A stretch of 64,000 nucleotides of DNA, taken from assembly GCA_008369845.1 (NCBI GenBank), contig MRSU01001922.1, positions 1-64,000 of the forward strand, in the 5' to 3' direction. Of the stretch, positions 11,774-22,877 are shown one piece after another (position 1 is the first letter of the stretch; each line of letters opens with the position of its first letter). The position numbers and the translations under genes are program-made. Origin of the DNA: Trichomonas gallinae (Eukaryota). A model generated the notes under the pieces. That model saw nothing but the letters and a program-made list of their open reading frames with translations, did no database searches and had not been told where the DNA came from.

Positions 11774-11781
11774 GGCGGTTT
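11774..11781 (+). promoter_or_regulatory. GGCGGTTT, matches the trichomonad Myb-like core promoter motif M3
   Basis: 20 nt upstream of ATG 11794; identical TTTTGGCGGTTT sits at the same distance upstream of ATG 59246. Confidence 0.6.
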
Positions 11782-11793
11782 TCTAGCTTCGTA

Positions 11794-13155
11794 ATGTCTG
11801 AGAACCCTCTTCAGCTAATAACTTCCAGTATCGAAAACGCGAACGCTCAGTTCGAATCTGCGTGGTCGAGCGTCCTCGAACTCTCTAAGTTCATTAATGC
11901 AGAGGAGGACATTACAGTTGCATCTCATAGATTGTTATCTTATAATCCTCAGAACAAAATAGTCTCATCAACAAATAAAAATCTTAGTAACGCCGTAAAC
12001 ATCATTAGTAATTTCGTAATTGGAAAATTAGATCACGTTAGTAAAAATCCTGAAGATTATAATTCCTGGTCAACACTTGCTAAATGCTATTTGATGCTTA
12101 ATGATTTTCCCAACGCTTATACTTGCGTTGCTCATGTTATTAAGCTCAATGAAAACTTCCAGGACTCAACATTTTGGTACGTTGCTGGAATTGTTAACCA
12201 ACATTTCAATTATCATCAGGAAGCCCTCAGATTTTACAGAATGTCAGCCCAATTGGAGCCTCGTGCACCACATATTGGGGACTTAAACTTCAGATTAGCG
12301 ATATTATATAGATCGTTAAATAAACCAGACGACGCACTTCCATTATTCAAACAGGCCCTCGATAGCCTCCCACATAATTTAACAGTAGACGATATCAAAT
12401 TCCAAATCGCTTTTACATATCAAGTACAAAAACAGACAGATCGCGCCAATCAGATATACAGCGAACTACTCAGAGCACACCCACGCTCGCTGGAACTAAA
12501 TCAGCAGTACACGTGGTTCCTTTCTCTCAGTTCGGACCCAGCCACTTTAGAACTCGCCGAAAAGATCGCAACGAGCGCAGAAGAGCAGTACCCGAACGAC
12601 CCTGTCCTCAAGTTCGCCCTCGCGTGCATCTCCCTTCGCCAGCAAATTACAACAGAGGCTTACAGGAGGTACAGGGAGTGCCTTCAAACATGGAGCGACT
12701 CTCCGCTCTTCTGGTGCGGCCTCGGCATCCTTTATCTCAAGAATGAGCAGTTCCAGGACGCGATCGTCGCCTTCCAGCGCGCCTTGTTCCTTAGAAGCGA
12801 TATTACAGAAGCATGGCTCAACTTCGGCCTCATTTTCCAGCGCCAGAACAGACACGACGAGGCCCTCAAGATCTACCAGACGGCCCTGTCGAACTGCAAC
12901 ATGGCGCAGCAGATCCAGGACAGAATCAACGCGATTAAATCATCCAGGGGGCCAGGATCTATGGTTCCTAACTACGACATATGCGAGATAAACGGCGACA
13001 AGCTCGTCACACAGGTCGCCGAGAAGGTTTCTTTCGACTACTGCGCGGATCTCCCCAATTTGTCCGTTAAAGCGATGGGAATCCCGCACGAACACGAAGC
13101 GGCCTTCGAACTCGCTCTCTCCGCCTTGTATTCGCCACATGCGTCAATATTCTGA
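11794..13155 (+). CDS. TPR-repeat protein, Ssn6/Cyc8 (UTX-TPR)-like co-repressor
   Basis: Multiple TPRs: WSTLAKCYLMLNDFPNAY, FWYVAGIV, FRLAILYR, DIKFQIAFTY, AYRRYRECL, FWCGLGILYLKNEQFQDAIVAFQRAL, EAWLNFGLIF, resembling the Ssn6 TPR array. Confidence 0.8.
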   Translation: MSENPLQLITSSIENANAQFESAWSSVLELSKFINAEEDITVASHRLLSYNPQNKIVSSTNKNLSNAVNIISNFVIGKLDHVSKNPEDYNSWSTLAKCYLMLNDFPNAYTCVAHVIKLNENFQDSTFWYVAGIVNQHFNYHQEALRFYRMSAQLEPRAPHIGDLNFRLAILYRSLNKPDDALPLFKQALDSLPHNLTVDDIKFQIAFTYQVQKQTDRANQIYSELLRAHPRSLELNQQYTWFLSLSSDPATLELAEKIATSAEEQYPNDPVLKFALACISLRQQITTEAYRRYRECLQTWSDSPLFWCGLGILYLKNEQFQDAIVAFQRALFLRSDITEAWLNFGLIFQRQNRHDEALKIYQTALSNCNMAQQIQDRINAIKSSRGPGSMVPNYDICEINGDKLVTQVAEKVSFDYCADLPNLSVKAMGIPHEHEAAFELALSALYSPHASIF

Positions 13156-14231
13156 ATATGATAATGCTTATTTGCTTTAAAACAATATACTTTATTAGAA
13201 TTAATCAGCAAATATTATTTAAGACCTTTATAAAATAGATTTTACAGCTTATAGGTCATTTCCAAAAATTGGAAATCAATCAGTTATGATATCTTAATTA
13301 CTTTTTGACGCTAATGTGAACAATAAATAATTTCGATAAAATAATCACATCGATAATGCCAAAAATTTAATTCACATATCATAAAAAGAAGTAAATTAAC
13401 ATGTAGTCCTAGTATTCAATACAAAATCAAATTAACAAGGAATCGCGAAATAATTTTTTTCTCATAATTAAGTCAAGTACTCTCATATACTCTCAGCAAT
13501 TTTTGTATTGAACTATGGATTTCGATGCCTGTCAAACATTTATACACTTTTTTCTTGGATAATTTATTTTCGAAATTTTTTTTTTTTGGAGTTCAGCAAG
13601 AAGTGCCGTCAAAACCCTCCAAGGAAACTATTTGAAAATGCTGTAGCCATGATTTTGTTCTCACAGAAATTCACGACTCAAGAAAAAAAAAATAGTTTCT
13701 TAGGGGCCAAAAAAATTAAAAAGGGACCATTAAGTATATCAAGGGGCTGAAAAAGTAAAATAGGTGTCATAATAAGGCTCTTAATTTCGATAACAAATTA
13801 ATGATGTCATGCTATATATACTAATAATCAAATTCATAAATAAGGAAGTTCAAAATATATATTTTTTGAATGAAAATTAAAATCTTGCTGATAAATAATT
13901 GGATTCTGGCTTACGAAGTCACCTTGTTAAGTTAAAAGATAATCTGAATGAAAACCCCAATATTTTCGATACAATTTTTGGAAGATTCCTCTCTTATGTA
14001 TTGCATTAGTTTCACAAGTTATTATTCATCTTTGTGACCGCATATACAAATTTGTGATCATTAACATAATGATTAATGATCTTCGAAGATGGAATCTTCA
14101 TTAAAACGAATTGTTGAGGTCATCCACAAATAAATTTGTAATAATTCACCTCATTAAACAAATTAAGTTATCAAAACACGTATATAAACGAAATAAAAAA
14201 CAATATTTAATATATAAAAAACAAAAAACAA

Positions 14232-17200
14232 TTATAATAAAGCTGCAGTTCCAGAAAGAATGGCATTTGTTCTAGATGTCAAAAGTCTTGCAATATTCGC
14301 TGACAAGTCTTTTGATAATGTTTCGAATTTCAATTTCACGAGTGTGTTTGTTCCAGCTCTTCTGAATGCGATGTCAAGAACAGATCCATTCTGTGTTGCT
14401 GCAGCAAGTAATTGCAATGAATATTTTTCGATATTTTGAACACCGAAAATTGTCAGCAAAGTTGTCGACAAAACAACTGTTGCTGGCCTTTGTTTGTCAT
14501 TGAAGAATGCAATGACAGGTTCTTTGATAAATCCCTGCATCTCAGCGAGTTCTGGAGAGAAAGGAATGATTTGCGTGCTCGGCAGAACTCTTCTCTTTCT
14601 GATTCTCTTTGGAAATTCTTTTCCATCAATAGCTTTTCTTGCACCACCAACAATTCCGACAGCACCATCAACCAAGCCGATAACCGGTCTTGCAACAAGT
14701 CCTACTATGCCGTTTCCTAGTCCAGCAACAAATCCACCAAATCCGTTTTGAGAAGCTCCATGTATTGGGTCAGCAACGACTCCGACAATTGCACCAGAAA
14801 TCGAATTGGAAACTGCTGAGATTCCACCAATAACTGAATCAGCAGCGCCTCTATTTGTCTGAGGAGATGATTCTGCGTTGTAAATCGTATGCATAAGATG
14901 AGAAACAGAGCTCAAAACACCTTCTGATGCCGCGAAAGCTGTTCCGAGAGTTAACTGAGCAACAGCTCTCGCTGGAGACTTCTTGAACTGACTGATTCCA
15001 TGAGCAATGTTTGTCGTCACTCCTCCAATATTCAAGAAAATATCGTGATTTAATATCAGCTTAAGAACTTGTTTGATTGCTCCGTAGAAATAAGGTTTGA
15101 TGACGCGAGTTTTGACAAAGTTTCTCGTGCTGACGAAATCGTTTAAAGGCAATGCAGGAAGATAAACTTCACCTTCATTAATTCTCGGTACAAATTTAAT
15201 GAACGTTGGGATGTTTTCATTGGAGTAGCTTCGAGTGTTGTTATTTTCAACAGTTACCAACATAACCAATTCATGAATGTGAACTGATTTTGATGTAACA
15301 ATGAAATCTTGGTTTTTATTTTCATTTTCTTTCGGTGAATAAAAATCGAAGCCGTGATCAGGAACGAAAGAGTAATAGAAGTTAATCAAGTCAGCAATAA
15401 AAGGAATGTCTAATCTTAGGTTAATAGGCTGTATTCTAACATCAATTGATTCGAATTGAGTGAAAAGTGCTGCATCGTTATATAGTTCGCAGCAAATTTC
15501 GATGAAATTCAGTCCTTCTCGCTGGCTTCCTGAACAAGCAACTTCGAAATAAGCTTCTGGATTCTGATCATCAATCTGTAATGATTCCAATGACAGACTC
15601 AAAGCTGTTGTATTCTTCAGAGTCTTCGCCGAAAGTTTTAAGTTCTTCAAGTTCACCAATGCGATTTCATTCGATTTCATGTCGATGAAAGAAGCAGACA
15701 GAGAAGAAATTGAGAAAGATAGATCATACTTCTTTATGTCTTTTCTTTCAATCGGCGAGTTCGTTATTGTTATTGAAGTCAAGCCGTTTTCTCTTGCGAA
15801 AACTTGTACGTATAAATCTCTGACTTGGTATGGTTCGCAAACCTGCGTCGTAGAAACAGTGAACTCGAAGTTGTCCATTTGCACAACCAATATATGCTCA
15901 TCATACGGCTTCTCGAATGCTATGATTGACGACATCTTTGGATTGATAAAATCGAAAATTTGGCCGCAGTGTTGCCTGATTTTTAGATGATAAGGAGTTT
16001 GATTGCTCAAGCAGCTGCTTTGATAAATAGTTGCCTTTGATATTGAAGCCTTCAGGACTCCATTATCTTCAACAACTTCTATCATGATTTTTGTGTAATT
16101 CTTGTCAGTTTTTAGATAAGTGACGCATTTGAATGGTTCTGCCATTGTTATCGGAATCTTTTCTTGCGAATTTTCAGCAGATAACAAATAGCACAAGCTT
16201 TGTGACGCTAATTTAACAATTTCACACGATCCACTCTGTATAAAGATGGAGTGGCCTGTCGTTGTCATTGAATCTATAGACTCTAGTGGCTCCAAAGCGA
16301 AACCGAAGTCTAAATAATTGGACACATGCAAAAGAGGCCTGAAACAAACAACGGAAGAGAACAAATTCCTGTCTCCACTAGATATGGAATAACTCAATGG
16401 CAAGAAAATGTTGTTTGTCTTTGATAAAGGCAGGAAAATCGGTGAAACACTTCCAACACTCAAACAGTTGATTGGAGTCTGAGAATTTGCTTCATTTTCG
16501 AAAGCAACATTCAGCAAAACTTCTTTGTTGTTACTGAAGAATTTTGCATCACTCCAATAGCATGATTTCGTCTTAGAGTTGTTTTTCATTGAATAAGAAT
16601 CGTTGCTGTAACTTAACTTGAATGGAGTGTGATTGATTAAAATCGACGGGGAGAAAAGAGTCAGTTTTGTCTTGCATGCATCTTTTTCTTTAGACACATA
16701 AATAGCCATGTTCATTGGTTTTGTGTTTGATTTAATATTAAAAGGAATCATTGAAATCTCTCCATCTGTTAAATTGATTAAGTTATAATCATCTGGCAAA
16801 GGCAAATTTCCTAATGATGCACATGCTAGATGATTTGGCCTAATTATATTTGTGTCTATACTGCATCCAGGATTGATTGGGATGATAACAGATTGAGAAT
16901 TTTCAACAATTTTTAGATTTATAGTTTCCTGGAATTGATTAATTATTGCTGTCATTAAACTAATATTTATATCTGTAATTCCTGAATAGCTTCTAACATT
17001 TGATTCCAAGATGTATTGTTCTGGTGAGCCAGAAATCTTGTTTGTTATTATTTGTGACTGCTTCCTTAAACTACTAAATATAACCAAATCGAATTTTTCA
17101 ACTTTTTGCGTTGCAGAAACAGCAATTTTTGATGTTTCAGGAAAATCCCATGCGATTGATTTAGATTCTCCTGGATTTATCTTTGCCAAACGTCTATATT

Positions 17201-20200
17201 TTGCATTGGACTCATGAAGAAGGAAGTCAACAGCTGTTGATGTCGAGTTTGTCACTCTTAATAAAGAAGAAAATGTAACAATGACTTCACTCGCATTTCT
17301 TGTTATGATAACAACAATGTAAGGAGACAAAAACATCGGGAAGTTGACTAATGATGACTTAAGAGTAACAACTCTATCAGAATACCAGAAGAAAATTGGT
17401 GAATCTTCATCACAGTCCATCAAAAATTCCTTCGATTCATTTGATTCTAGAGAAAATTGAGAATTTCTTGATTTATAAGCGAATGTTGCTTTCGTGCCTA
17501 ATTCGTTTTTGATTACAAATTTTCTGTTTAACAGCATCAGCACATTCTTTGTTTTGATGTTTGACTGTATTTCATCGTAAACAGACAAGATCTGCTTGAT
17601 TGCCGAATAAGCAAAATTAATGTTGAAGTTCCTAACATTCAAATCTGCTTTTAACAGATTTTGATCTGGGGATGAAGAAATTAGACTCATGGAGATAGGC
17701 TCTATTAACATATCCCAGAGTCCTGTATTCAAGTTCATTGAATCAAGAGAACTTGTTGTTAAAATTAATCGAGAATTCGACTTTGGATTGAATACAAAAT
17801 CGATTGGATTAATTTCGAATTTAAACATAGGAACGTCAGCAGTTTTGTCGAGTTTGTTCTTGAAAATGTTGAAACTGAGCTTTCCAAAGTGGAATTCTGT
17901 TATATGATTATCTATTTTTGGAGGCGGATTCTTCTGTTTCTCATTAATTGCGACATCGACAAAAGGCATTATTTTGTCGAGAAAAACATATAAAGATGAT
18001 ATATCAGTAACACTGAAATTAAACAAACAGTCACCTAGCAAATATTTCGTTGTATTCAAGCCTTTGTCCACTGTGTCTAGAAAAGAGAAAGAGAAGTTCT
18101 CAACTATAGGGAAATATTTGCATTTTTCGCTGAGGATTCTCAATGATCCATTTTCTGTCGAGAAACTTAAATCGTGGCCTTTCAAAATCGATGTCATTTT
18201 TCCTTGGTAAAGCAGTGAAACATTTCCTTTGTTCAAAACAGGAATAACGAGTCTGACTTTGTTCATTTCTACAATCATTGGTGAAGGAACTTCAGGAGAC
18301 ATTCCCCAATTCGTCAACAAAAATGGTGAGCGATATAATAATCTCAACAAATTCGTCATCTTTTTTCTCTCGAAGAAACAGAGAACTGAGAAAATATTTA
18401 TTTTGAGTTCTTTCTTTTTGTTCGTCATTGATAGTGAATTACCTTTAGAAGCCTCCAGTTTAGCCAACAGTTTTCCGGTATTTGATGTCATTGTTGCTGG
18501 TCCTATATCAATGAATTGATCATCACCTCTCAATTTGAATTTTAGATTTTTGACCGATGAATTAATGCTAATAGAATCAAAAGCAATATTAATTAAATCG
18601 ACATCAGCATCTATGTTATACTTAAGTTTAAATGGCTCTGGATCTACTTTCTCGAAATCCAAGAATGTGCAGAAAACATCGCACATTTGTTTCGATGAAA
18701 ATCTTTGGTAAGAATAATCAGCTTTTTCGATATTAATTGTTATGTTGATTGAGTGTAAATATTTGATTCGCGGGTTTTTGTATTTTTCTATCATTTTCTC
18801 ATCATAGCCTGGAGATAATTGTGGCACATCGAAGCTTGTTCCGAATCTCAAAGGAAAAGCAAAATCAGAACAAGAGAAAATATATTCGCCATTAGAAGCT
18901 GAACCTTTAATGTTTTTCATTGACATATTCATTATTAGCAAATCATCTTCTTGTGATCTGACTTTTACTTCATCTGCATCTATTACTAATCCGCAGTTTT
19001 TGCCGATTGGCGGTCTTGGCAGCATTAAAATTTTCATTTTTTCGACATCGACGGAATAATTGAACAATTTCAGTTTTATTGGTGAATCCGGATCGAAGTT
19101 TCTTTCATTCATTACACCTGTTGTATAGTGAACAAAGTCCATGAAGAACTGCTGCTGGTATGACATCGACATTTCTGTTGTTTTGACAATAATTTTGTTT
19201 TTAACCATTTCGAAATAAATTTTCCCTTGGCAGTTGATAAAATCTGTTATTGCACCCAGTTTCGTTGTCGTTGAATGCAAACCATTGATCGAAACAATAG
19301 TATGGACATCTGGTTTAGTTAATTCTATCTTCATATCTATTTGGTTGATTTCGAGTTTAGTGTAAATTAAATCTTTTTTGGATAATTCGATTTGTGATTT
19401 GGGCCAATTAATATTTGTAACAATTGGCGGCAAATCTTTTGTTTTTTCTATGATTTTGGTTCTGTCGTAGTCTAATATATTCTTGAGTGATTCATCCATA
19501 AACATCACATAAAGATAATTCGTTTCTTTCAGTCTGCAATTCATTGTTGCTCCTTCTAAAAATTCGAGATTTGTTATTCGATCTTTGTAAACACAATTTA
19601 AGCCAGGAATGTTTGCGAATTGTATTTCATCATTAAGCTTTCCAATAATTACTCTTGTGTTTACAATATTTGCGTGATCTTTAAGCATATAGTCAAAGTC
19701 TTTGATTTGCATATTCAAGAATTTTTGCTTCTGTTCGAGAAAATTAACACTCATCAAATCAGATTTAACATGAATTATCATGTCATCGTCTGGATTTGTT
19801 TCTTTTGGCGGCCTTGATTCATCCATGACAAAAGGAATGTAGTCGGCTAAATCCATGGCCAGTCTATAGTTGTATTGATCCATGGTGACACTTAAATCAG
19901 GGAAAATTAAATGGAAGTAGTTTCTCAGATCTTTTTCTTCCATTTTCATTATACAGTTTCTAGAACTGGCCAAGTGAGAATCATTGCATCTGCAAATGAA
20001 ATTAGTTATTGGAATTGTCATTTTTTCTGGTTCTGATGAATCGAATTTTACGTCCATCTCAGACATGTCCATTATCAGGTTAATGATTTGATTGTTTTGC
20101 GCTTGGAAAGGAATAGTATATGTTGGAGAAACAATGTTGATGTCCATTGTAAAAACAGACGAATTTGTTTTAGTTTGCGATGATTCTGTTTCATCAGATA

Positions 20201-22607
20201 AATCGAAGAATTTCATTAACTCCATTATATATTGGAATGTCATTTGTATGTCTGGCTTGATTAGTTGAGCTGTTATGTCTGTTGTTTCTGTCATGGAAAT
20301 ATTTCCGATTAAGGCTCTTTCAATTTCACTTCCGGCTGAAAATCTAAGTGAATTTGAAATTTCTTCGCCTATAATTCTCTGCAGTTCTATAGCGAAATTA
20401 ATTCCGTGGATTGTTGTTAGTTCGCTTTTGAGTCCTTCCATGGAAAATTTCGATGTTTTTTCGTTTTGTAAAACTAAATTAAATTTGTCGAAAATCAATG
20501 AAGCGTAAAAATTCGATCCAGAAGCATCATCTTTGATCTCTGTGAGCTCTGCTTTAGTTTTTGGTACTTGTATGCTGTCTTCTATCTGGAAAACACTCGA
20601 TAAATTCATCAGTGCAAGAATTACGTCGTGACTTATCAATAAAGATACATCGTCAACTCTAACAAAAAATTTGTTGGAAGGAATGGTACTCATCGGCACG
20701 AATAGCTGCTCCATTCTTACTTCTGTTGAAAATGGTTTGCATATTTCGATATCTCCGACATTTACCCCAAACTTAGTCAATTTCAGTTGATATCCATCAT
20801 AAAACGTCTGTGGATCGTCACTGGATGGTTTTTTGTTGTCTGTTGATGATATATCAATGGCATCTAGGAAAATAATCAGTTCTTTCTCAGCTGGAATGAC
20901 AACTTTTGATGCATCGAAGTGTAAAGAAATATTTTTCTTAAGTACACTTGAAATTATGTGATCTATCTCAAGACGAGTTGCATCTCTTCTGGATTTCGGT
21001 TTAATATCAACAATCTTCTCGAAAAATACCGAAGATCCTTTGAAGAAAGAGATTAAATGCGGAACTAAAGGAACATCAACGTTAAGGTGTGGTGATGTAC
21101 CGTTTATTTTGATATCTAACATGCGCTTTGCCTGTACAAACTTGATATTTCCTGATAAACAGTTGTTGATTTCTTCATGATCGAGATAAAATACTTTGTT
21201 GTGTGCTTTAATGAGATTGTTGATGAAAGAGATGTCACCAAGCTTGAATTCGAATGATTTAGCGTCATTTTCTGAAGTTCTCAAGATTCCCCTTAATGAA
21301 GAAAATAAAATCGAAGAAAGAGGAGTTTGATCTGATGTATTAAGGCAGACTTTGAGCTCCTTGAAGTTAAAATCAATGTGATAATAGGTTTTTCCTGTTT
21401 CTTCACGAATAATTGTTTTTAATTCATCGCCTGTGATATCAATATTCCTGCTGTTCTGAGCTTCTGCGACGTTGATAACATATTTGGCGTAAGTAGTAAG
21501 ACAAAGGAAAACATCTGGGCCAAAGAAATCTTGATGGAGCTTAATCTTTGAGTTAAACTTTTCTTTCTGCTTGCTTTGTATGTAGGACTTCAAGAAAGGA
21601 AACATGTCACGACGACTTCTCAAGAAAATCAAAGCTTTTGACGGATCAAATGTCATTGGATGCAATTTCTTGAAAGCACAGCGTCTGGCATATCTCCACC
21701 ATGATACAATTTCATTTGCAGATTTAAGATTGTTGCCAATTGGTCTTCCTACTGAACAATAATATCTCATTCTTAAAAAGTTGAGATGAATTGCTTTTAA
21801 TAGTGCAATATTTTCCCATTGCCTCTCATCAAGCCTTATATCGAATCCAGGAGTGTCTATTTGGAATCTATTCAAGAATGAATTATCCATTCCTTTAGAA
21901 TGCTCGAAAATGCAGTTAAATGAGAAGTCTTTTAGTATATATTGGTGCTGACCGGCCATTTGAAGATGCATTTGTTTCCTGAAATCGTCTGTATTTATAG
22001 TTTGCGTGTTTGTATCGAAATATATTGAGAAATCATGGATAGAAATAAGTTTTCTGAATACATCTTGTTGTAAATAGAATCCAGGACAGTCAATTGTCGT
22101 CGCTTTAATGATAGGAATGAGAATTCCAAGAGCCATGATATTTCCATTCTGTGGATTCGTATATTCGATTCTAATGTGTATTTTAGATACAGTAGCTTCT
22201 AATTTGTTAAGTAATCTGCCGATAATTCCTGATAAAACGCTTTCTTTCGAAATCTCTTCTTGTGCGCAAAGAGCATCAAATTCGCGATGTATATTCTGTG
22301 TATCCATGTCCAATTCGAGCAGAGAGTCTGATTTAATTACTCCTAAAATGAAAATTTCGTCAATATCGAAATAAGTCGACTTTGAGAACAGCGAAGACCA
22401 TGGAATTGTTAGATCAATGCGATGTATACAGCCTTTTACAACCTCTACTGGAATATTATGACCTAAAAGTGCAGTTTTTTTGATCTTCAAATCATTTAAT
22501 GTTGTATTTCCATTTAAAATGGCCATTTCCAGTTGACCTGAGCCAAGCTCTTCGACGTAGGATCCCAGAAAATAGGAAAAAATCTTGGAAGCTACAGAAG
22601 CAAACAT
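14232..22607 (-). CDS. VPS13-family bridge-like lipid transfer protein (2791 aa)
   Basis: N-terminal chorein domain (FLGSYVEEL..QL...ILNG...LNDLKIK, IDLTIPWSSL, IHIRIEY, WWRYA); beta-rich repeats; LQIDDQ; C-terminal ATG2_C-like G.VADPIHGA...G..GF..GLG.G..GLV.RP..G..D and RIR..R. Confidence 0.93.
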   Translation of the reverse strand: MFASVASKIFSYFLGSYVEELGSGQLEMAILNGNTTLNDLKIKKTALLGHNIPVEVVKGCIHRIDLTIPWSSLFSKSTYFDIDEIFILGVIKSDSLLELDMDTQNIHREFDALCAQEEISKESVLSGIIGRLLNKLEATVSKIHIRIEYTNPQNGNIMALGILIPIIKATTIDCPGFYLQQDVFRKLISIHDFSIYFDTNTQTINTDDFRKQMHLQMAGQHQYILKDFSFNCIFEHSKGMDNSFLNRFQIDTPGFDIRLDERQWENIALLKAIHLNFLRMRYYCSVGRPIGNNLKSANEIVSWWRYARRCAFKKLHPMTFDPSKALIFLRSRRDMFPFLKSYIQSKQKEKFNSKIKLHQDFFGPDVFLCLTTYAKYVINVAEAQNSRNIDITGDELKTIIREETGKTYYHIDFNFKELKVCLNTSDQTPLSSILFSSLRGILRTSENDAKSFEFKLGDISFINNLIKAHNKVFYLDHEEINNCLSGNIKFVQAKRMLDIKINGTSPHLNVDVPLVPHLISFFKGSSVFFEKIVDIKPKSRRDATRLEIDHIISSVLKKNISLHFDASKVVIPAEKELIIFLDAIDISSTDNKKPSSDDPQTFYDGYQLKLTKFGVNVGDIEICKPFSTEVRMEQLFVPMSTIPSNKFFVRVDDVSLLISHDVILALMNLSSVFQIEDSIQVPKTKAELTEIKDDASGSNFYASLIFDKFNLVLQNEKTSKFSMEGLKSELTTIHGINFAIELQRIIGEEISNSLRFSAGSEIERALIGNISMTETTDITAQLIKPDIQMTFQYIMELMKFFDLSDETESSQTKTNSSVFTMDINIVSPTYTIPFQAQNNQIINLIMDMSEMDVKFDSSEPEKMTIPITNFICRCNDSHLASSRNCIMKMEEKDLRNYFHLIFPDLSVTMDQYNYRLAMDLADYIPFVMDESRPPKETNPDDDMIIHVKSDLMSVNFLEQKQKFLNMQIKDFDYMLKDHANIVNTRVIIGKLNDEIQFANIPGLNCVYKDRITNLEFLEGATMNCRLKETNYLYVMFMDESLKNILDYDRTKIIEKTKDLPPIVTNINWPKSQIELSKKDLIYTKLEINQIDMKIELTKPDVHTIVSINGLHSTTTKLGAITDFINCQGKIYFEMVKNKIIVKTTEMSMSYQQQFFMDFVHYTTGVMNERNFDPDSPIKLKLFNYSVDVEKMKILMLPRPPIGKNCGLVIDADEVKVRSQEDDLLIMNMSMKNIKGSASNGEYIFSCSDFAFPLRFGTSFDVPQLSPGYDEKMIEKYKNPRIKYLHSINITINIEKADYSYQRFSSKQMCDVFCTFLDFEKVDPEPFKLKYNIDADVDLINIAFDSISINSSVKNLKFKLRGDDQFIDIGPATMTSNTGKLLAKLEASKGNSLSMTNKKKELKINIFSVLCFFERKKMTNLLRLLYRSPFLLTNWGMSPEVPSPMIVEMNKVRLVIPVLNKGNVSLLYQGKMTSILKGHDLSFSTENGSLRILSEKCKYFPIVENFSFSFLDTVDKGLNTTKYLLGDCLFNFSVTDISSLYVFLDKIMPFVDVAINEKQKNPPPKIDNHITEFHFGKLSFNIFKNKLDKTADVPMFKFEINPIDFVFNPKSNSRLILTTSSLDSMNLNTGLWDMLIEPISMSLISSSPDQNLLKADLNVRNFNINFAYSAIKQILSVYDEIQSNIKTKNVLMLLNRKFVIKNELGTKATFAYKSRNSQFSLESNESKEFLMDCDEDSPIFFWYSDRVVTLKSSLVNFPMFLSPYIVVIITRNASEVIVTFSSLLRVTNSTSTAVDFLLHESNAKYRRLAKINPGESKSIAWDFPETSKIAVSATQKVEKFDLVIFSSLRKQSQIITNKISGSPEQYILESNVRSYSGITDINISLMTAIINQFQETINLKIVENSQSVIIPINPGCSIDTNIIRPNHLACASLGNLPLPDDYNLINLTDGEISMIPFNIKSNTKPMNMAIYVSKEKDACKTKLTLFSPSILINHTPFKLSYSNDSYSMKNNSKTKSCYWSDAKFFSNNKEVLLNVAFENEANSQTPINCLSVGSVSPIFLPLSKTNNIFLPLSYSISSGDRNLFSSVVCFRPLLHVSNYLDFGFALEPLESIDSMTTTGHSIFIQSGSCEIVKLASQSLCYLLSAENSQEKIPITMAEPFKCVTYLKTDKNYTKIMIEVVEDNGVLKASISKATIYQSSCLSNQTPYHLKIRQHCGQIFDFINPKMSSIIAFEKPYDEHILVVQMDNFEFTVSTTQVCEPYQVRDLYVQVFARENGLTSITITNSPIERKDIKKYDLSFSISSLSASFIDMKSNEIALVNLKNLKLSAKTLKNTTALSLSLESLQIDDQNPEAYFEVACSGSQREGLNFIEICCELYNDAALFTQFESIDVRIQPINLRLDIPFIADLINFYYSFVPDHGFDFYSPKENENKNQDFIVTSKSVHIHELVMLVTVENNNTRSYSNENIPTFIKFVPRINEGEVYLPALPLNDFVSTRNFVKTRVIKPYFYGAIKQVLKLILNHDIFLNIGGVTTNIAHGISQFKKSPARAVAQLTLGTAFAASEGVLSSVSHLMHTIYNAESSPQTNRGAADSVIGGISAVSNSISGAIVGVVADPIHGASQNGFGGFVAGLGNGIVGLVARPVIGLVDGAVGIVGGARKAIDGKEFPKRIRKRRVLPSTQIIPFSPELAEMQGFIKEPVIAFFNDKQRPATVVLSTTLLTIFGVQNIEKYSLQLLAAATQNGSVLDIAFRRAGTNTLVKLKFETLSKDLSANIARLLTSRTNAILSGTAALL

Positions 22608-22877
22608 TGGCCCAAATTTTTATTAAAAAATTTGTTAAAAAAACAAAAAATCATCGTCATTTTACACAAAATATAGCGAAATCTGATTCTTTTGAGCTCA
22701 TTTTCTTAAATATTTCATTATATTTTTCGATCAAAATCCTGACTTTTATTCTATATCATTTATAACCATTTTTAGGTTAATATATCATGATTTCAAGCTC
22801 TTTTTATTTTAGATTTTGAACAAAAAATAATTTTATTAAGAAAATTCTTGGAGTTAAGAATAAATACTTGAAATAGT

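Noticed and set aside
13690..13770. GGGG/AAAA-patterned stretch resembling a transposon terminus
   Set aside because: No inverted partner, TSD or transposase found in the window
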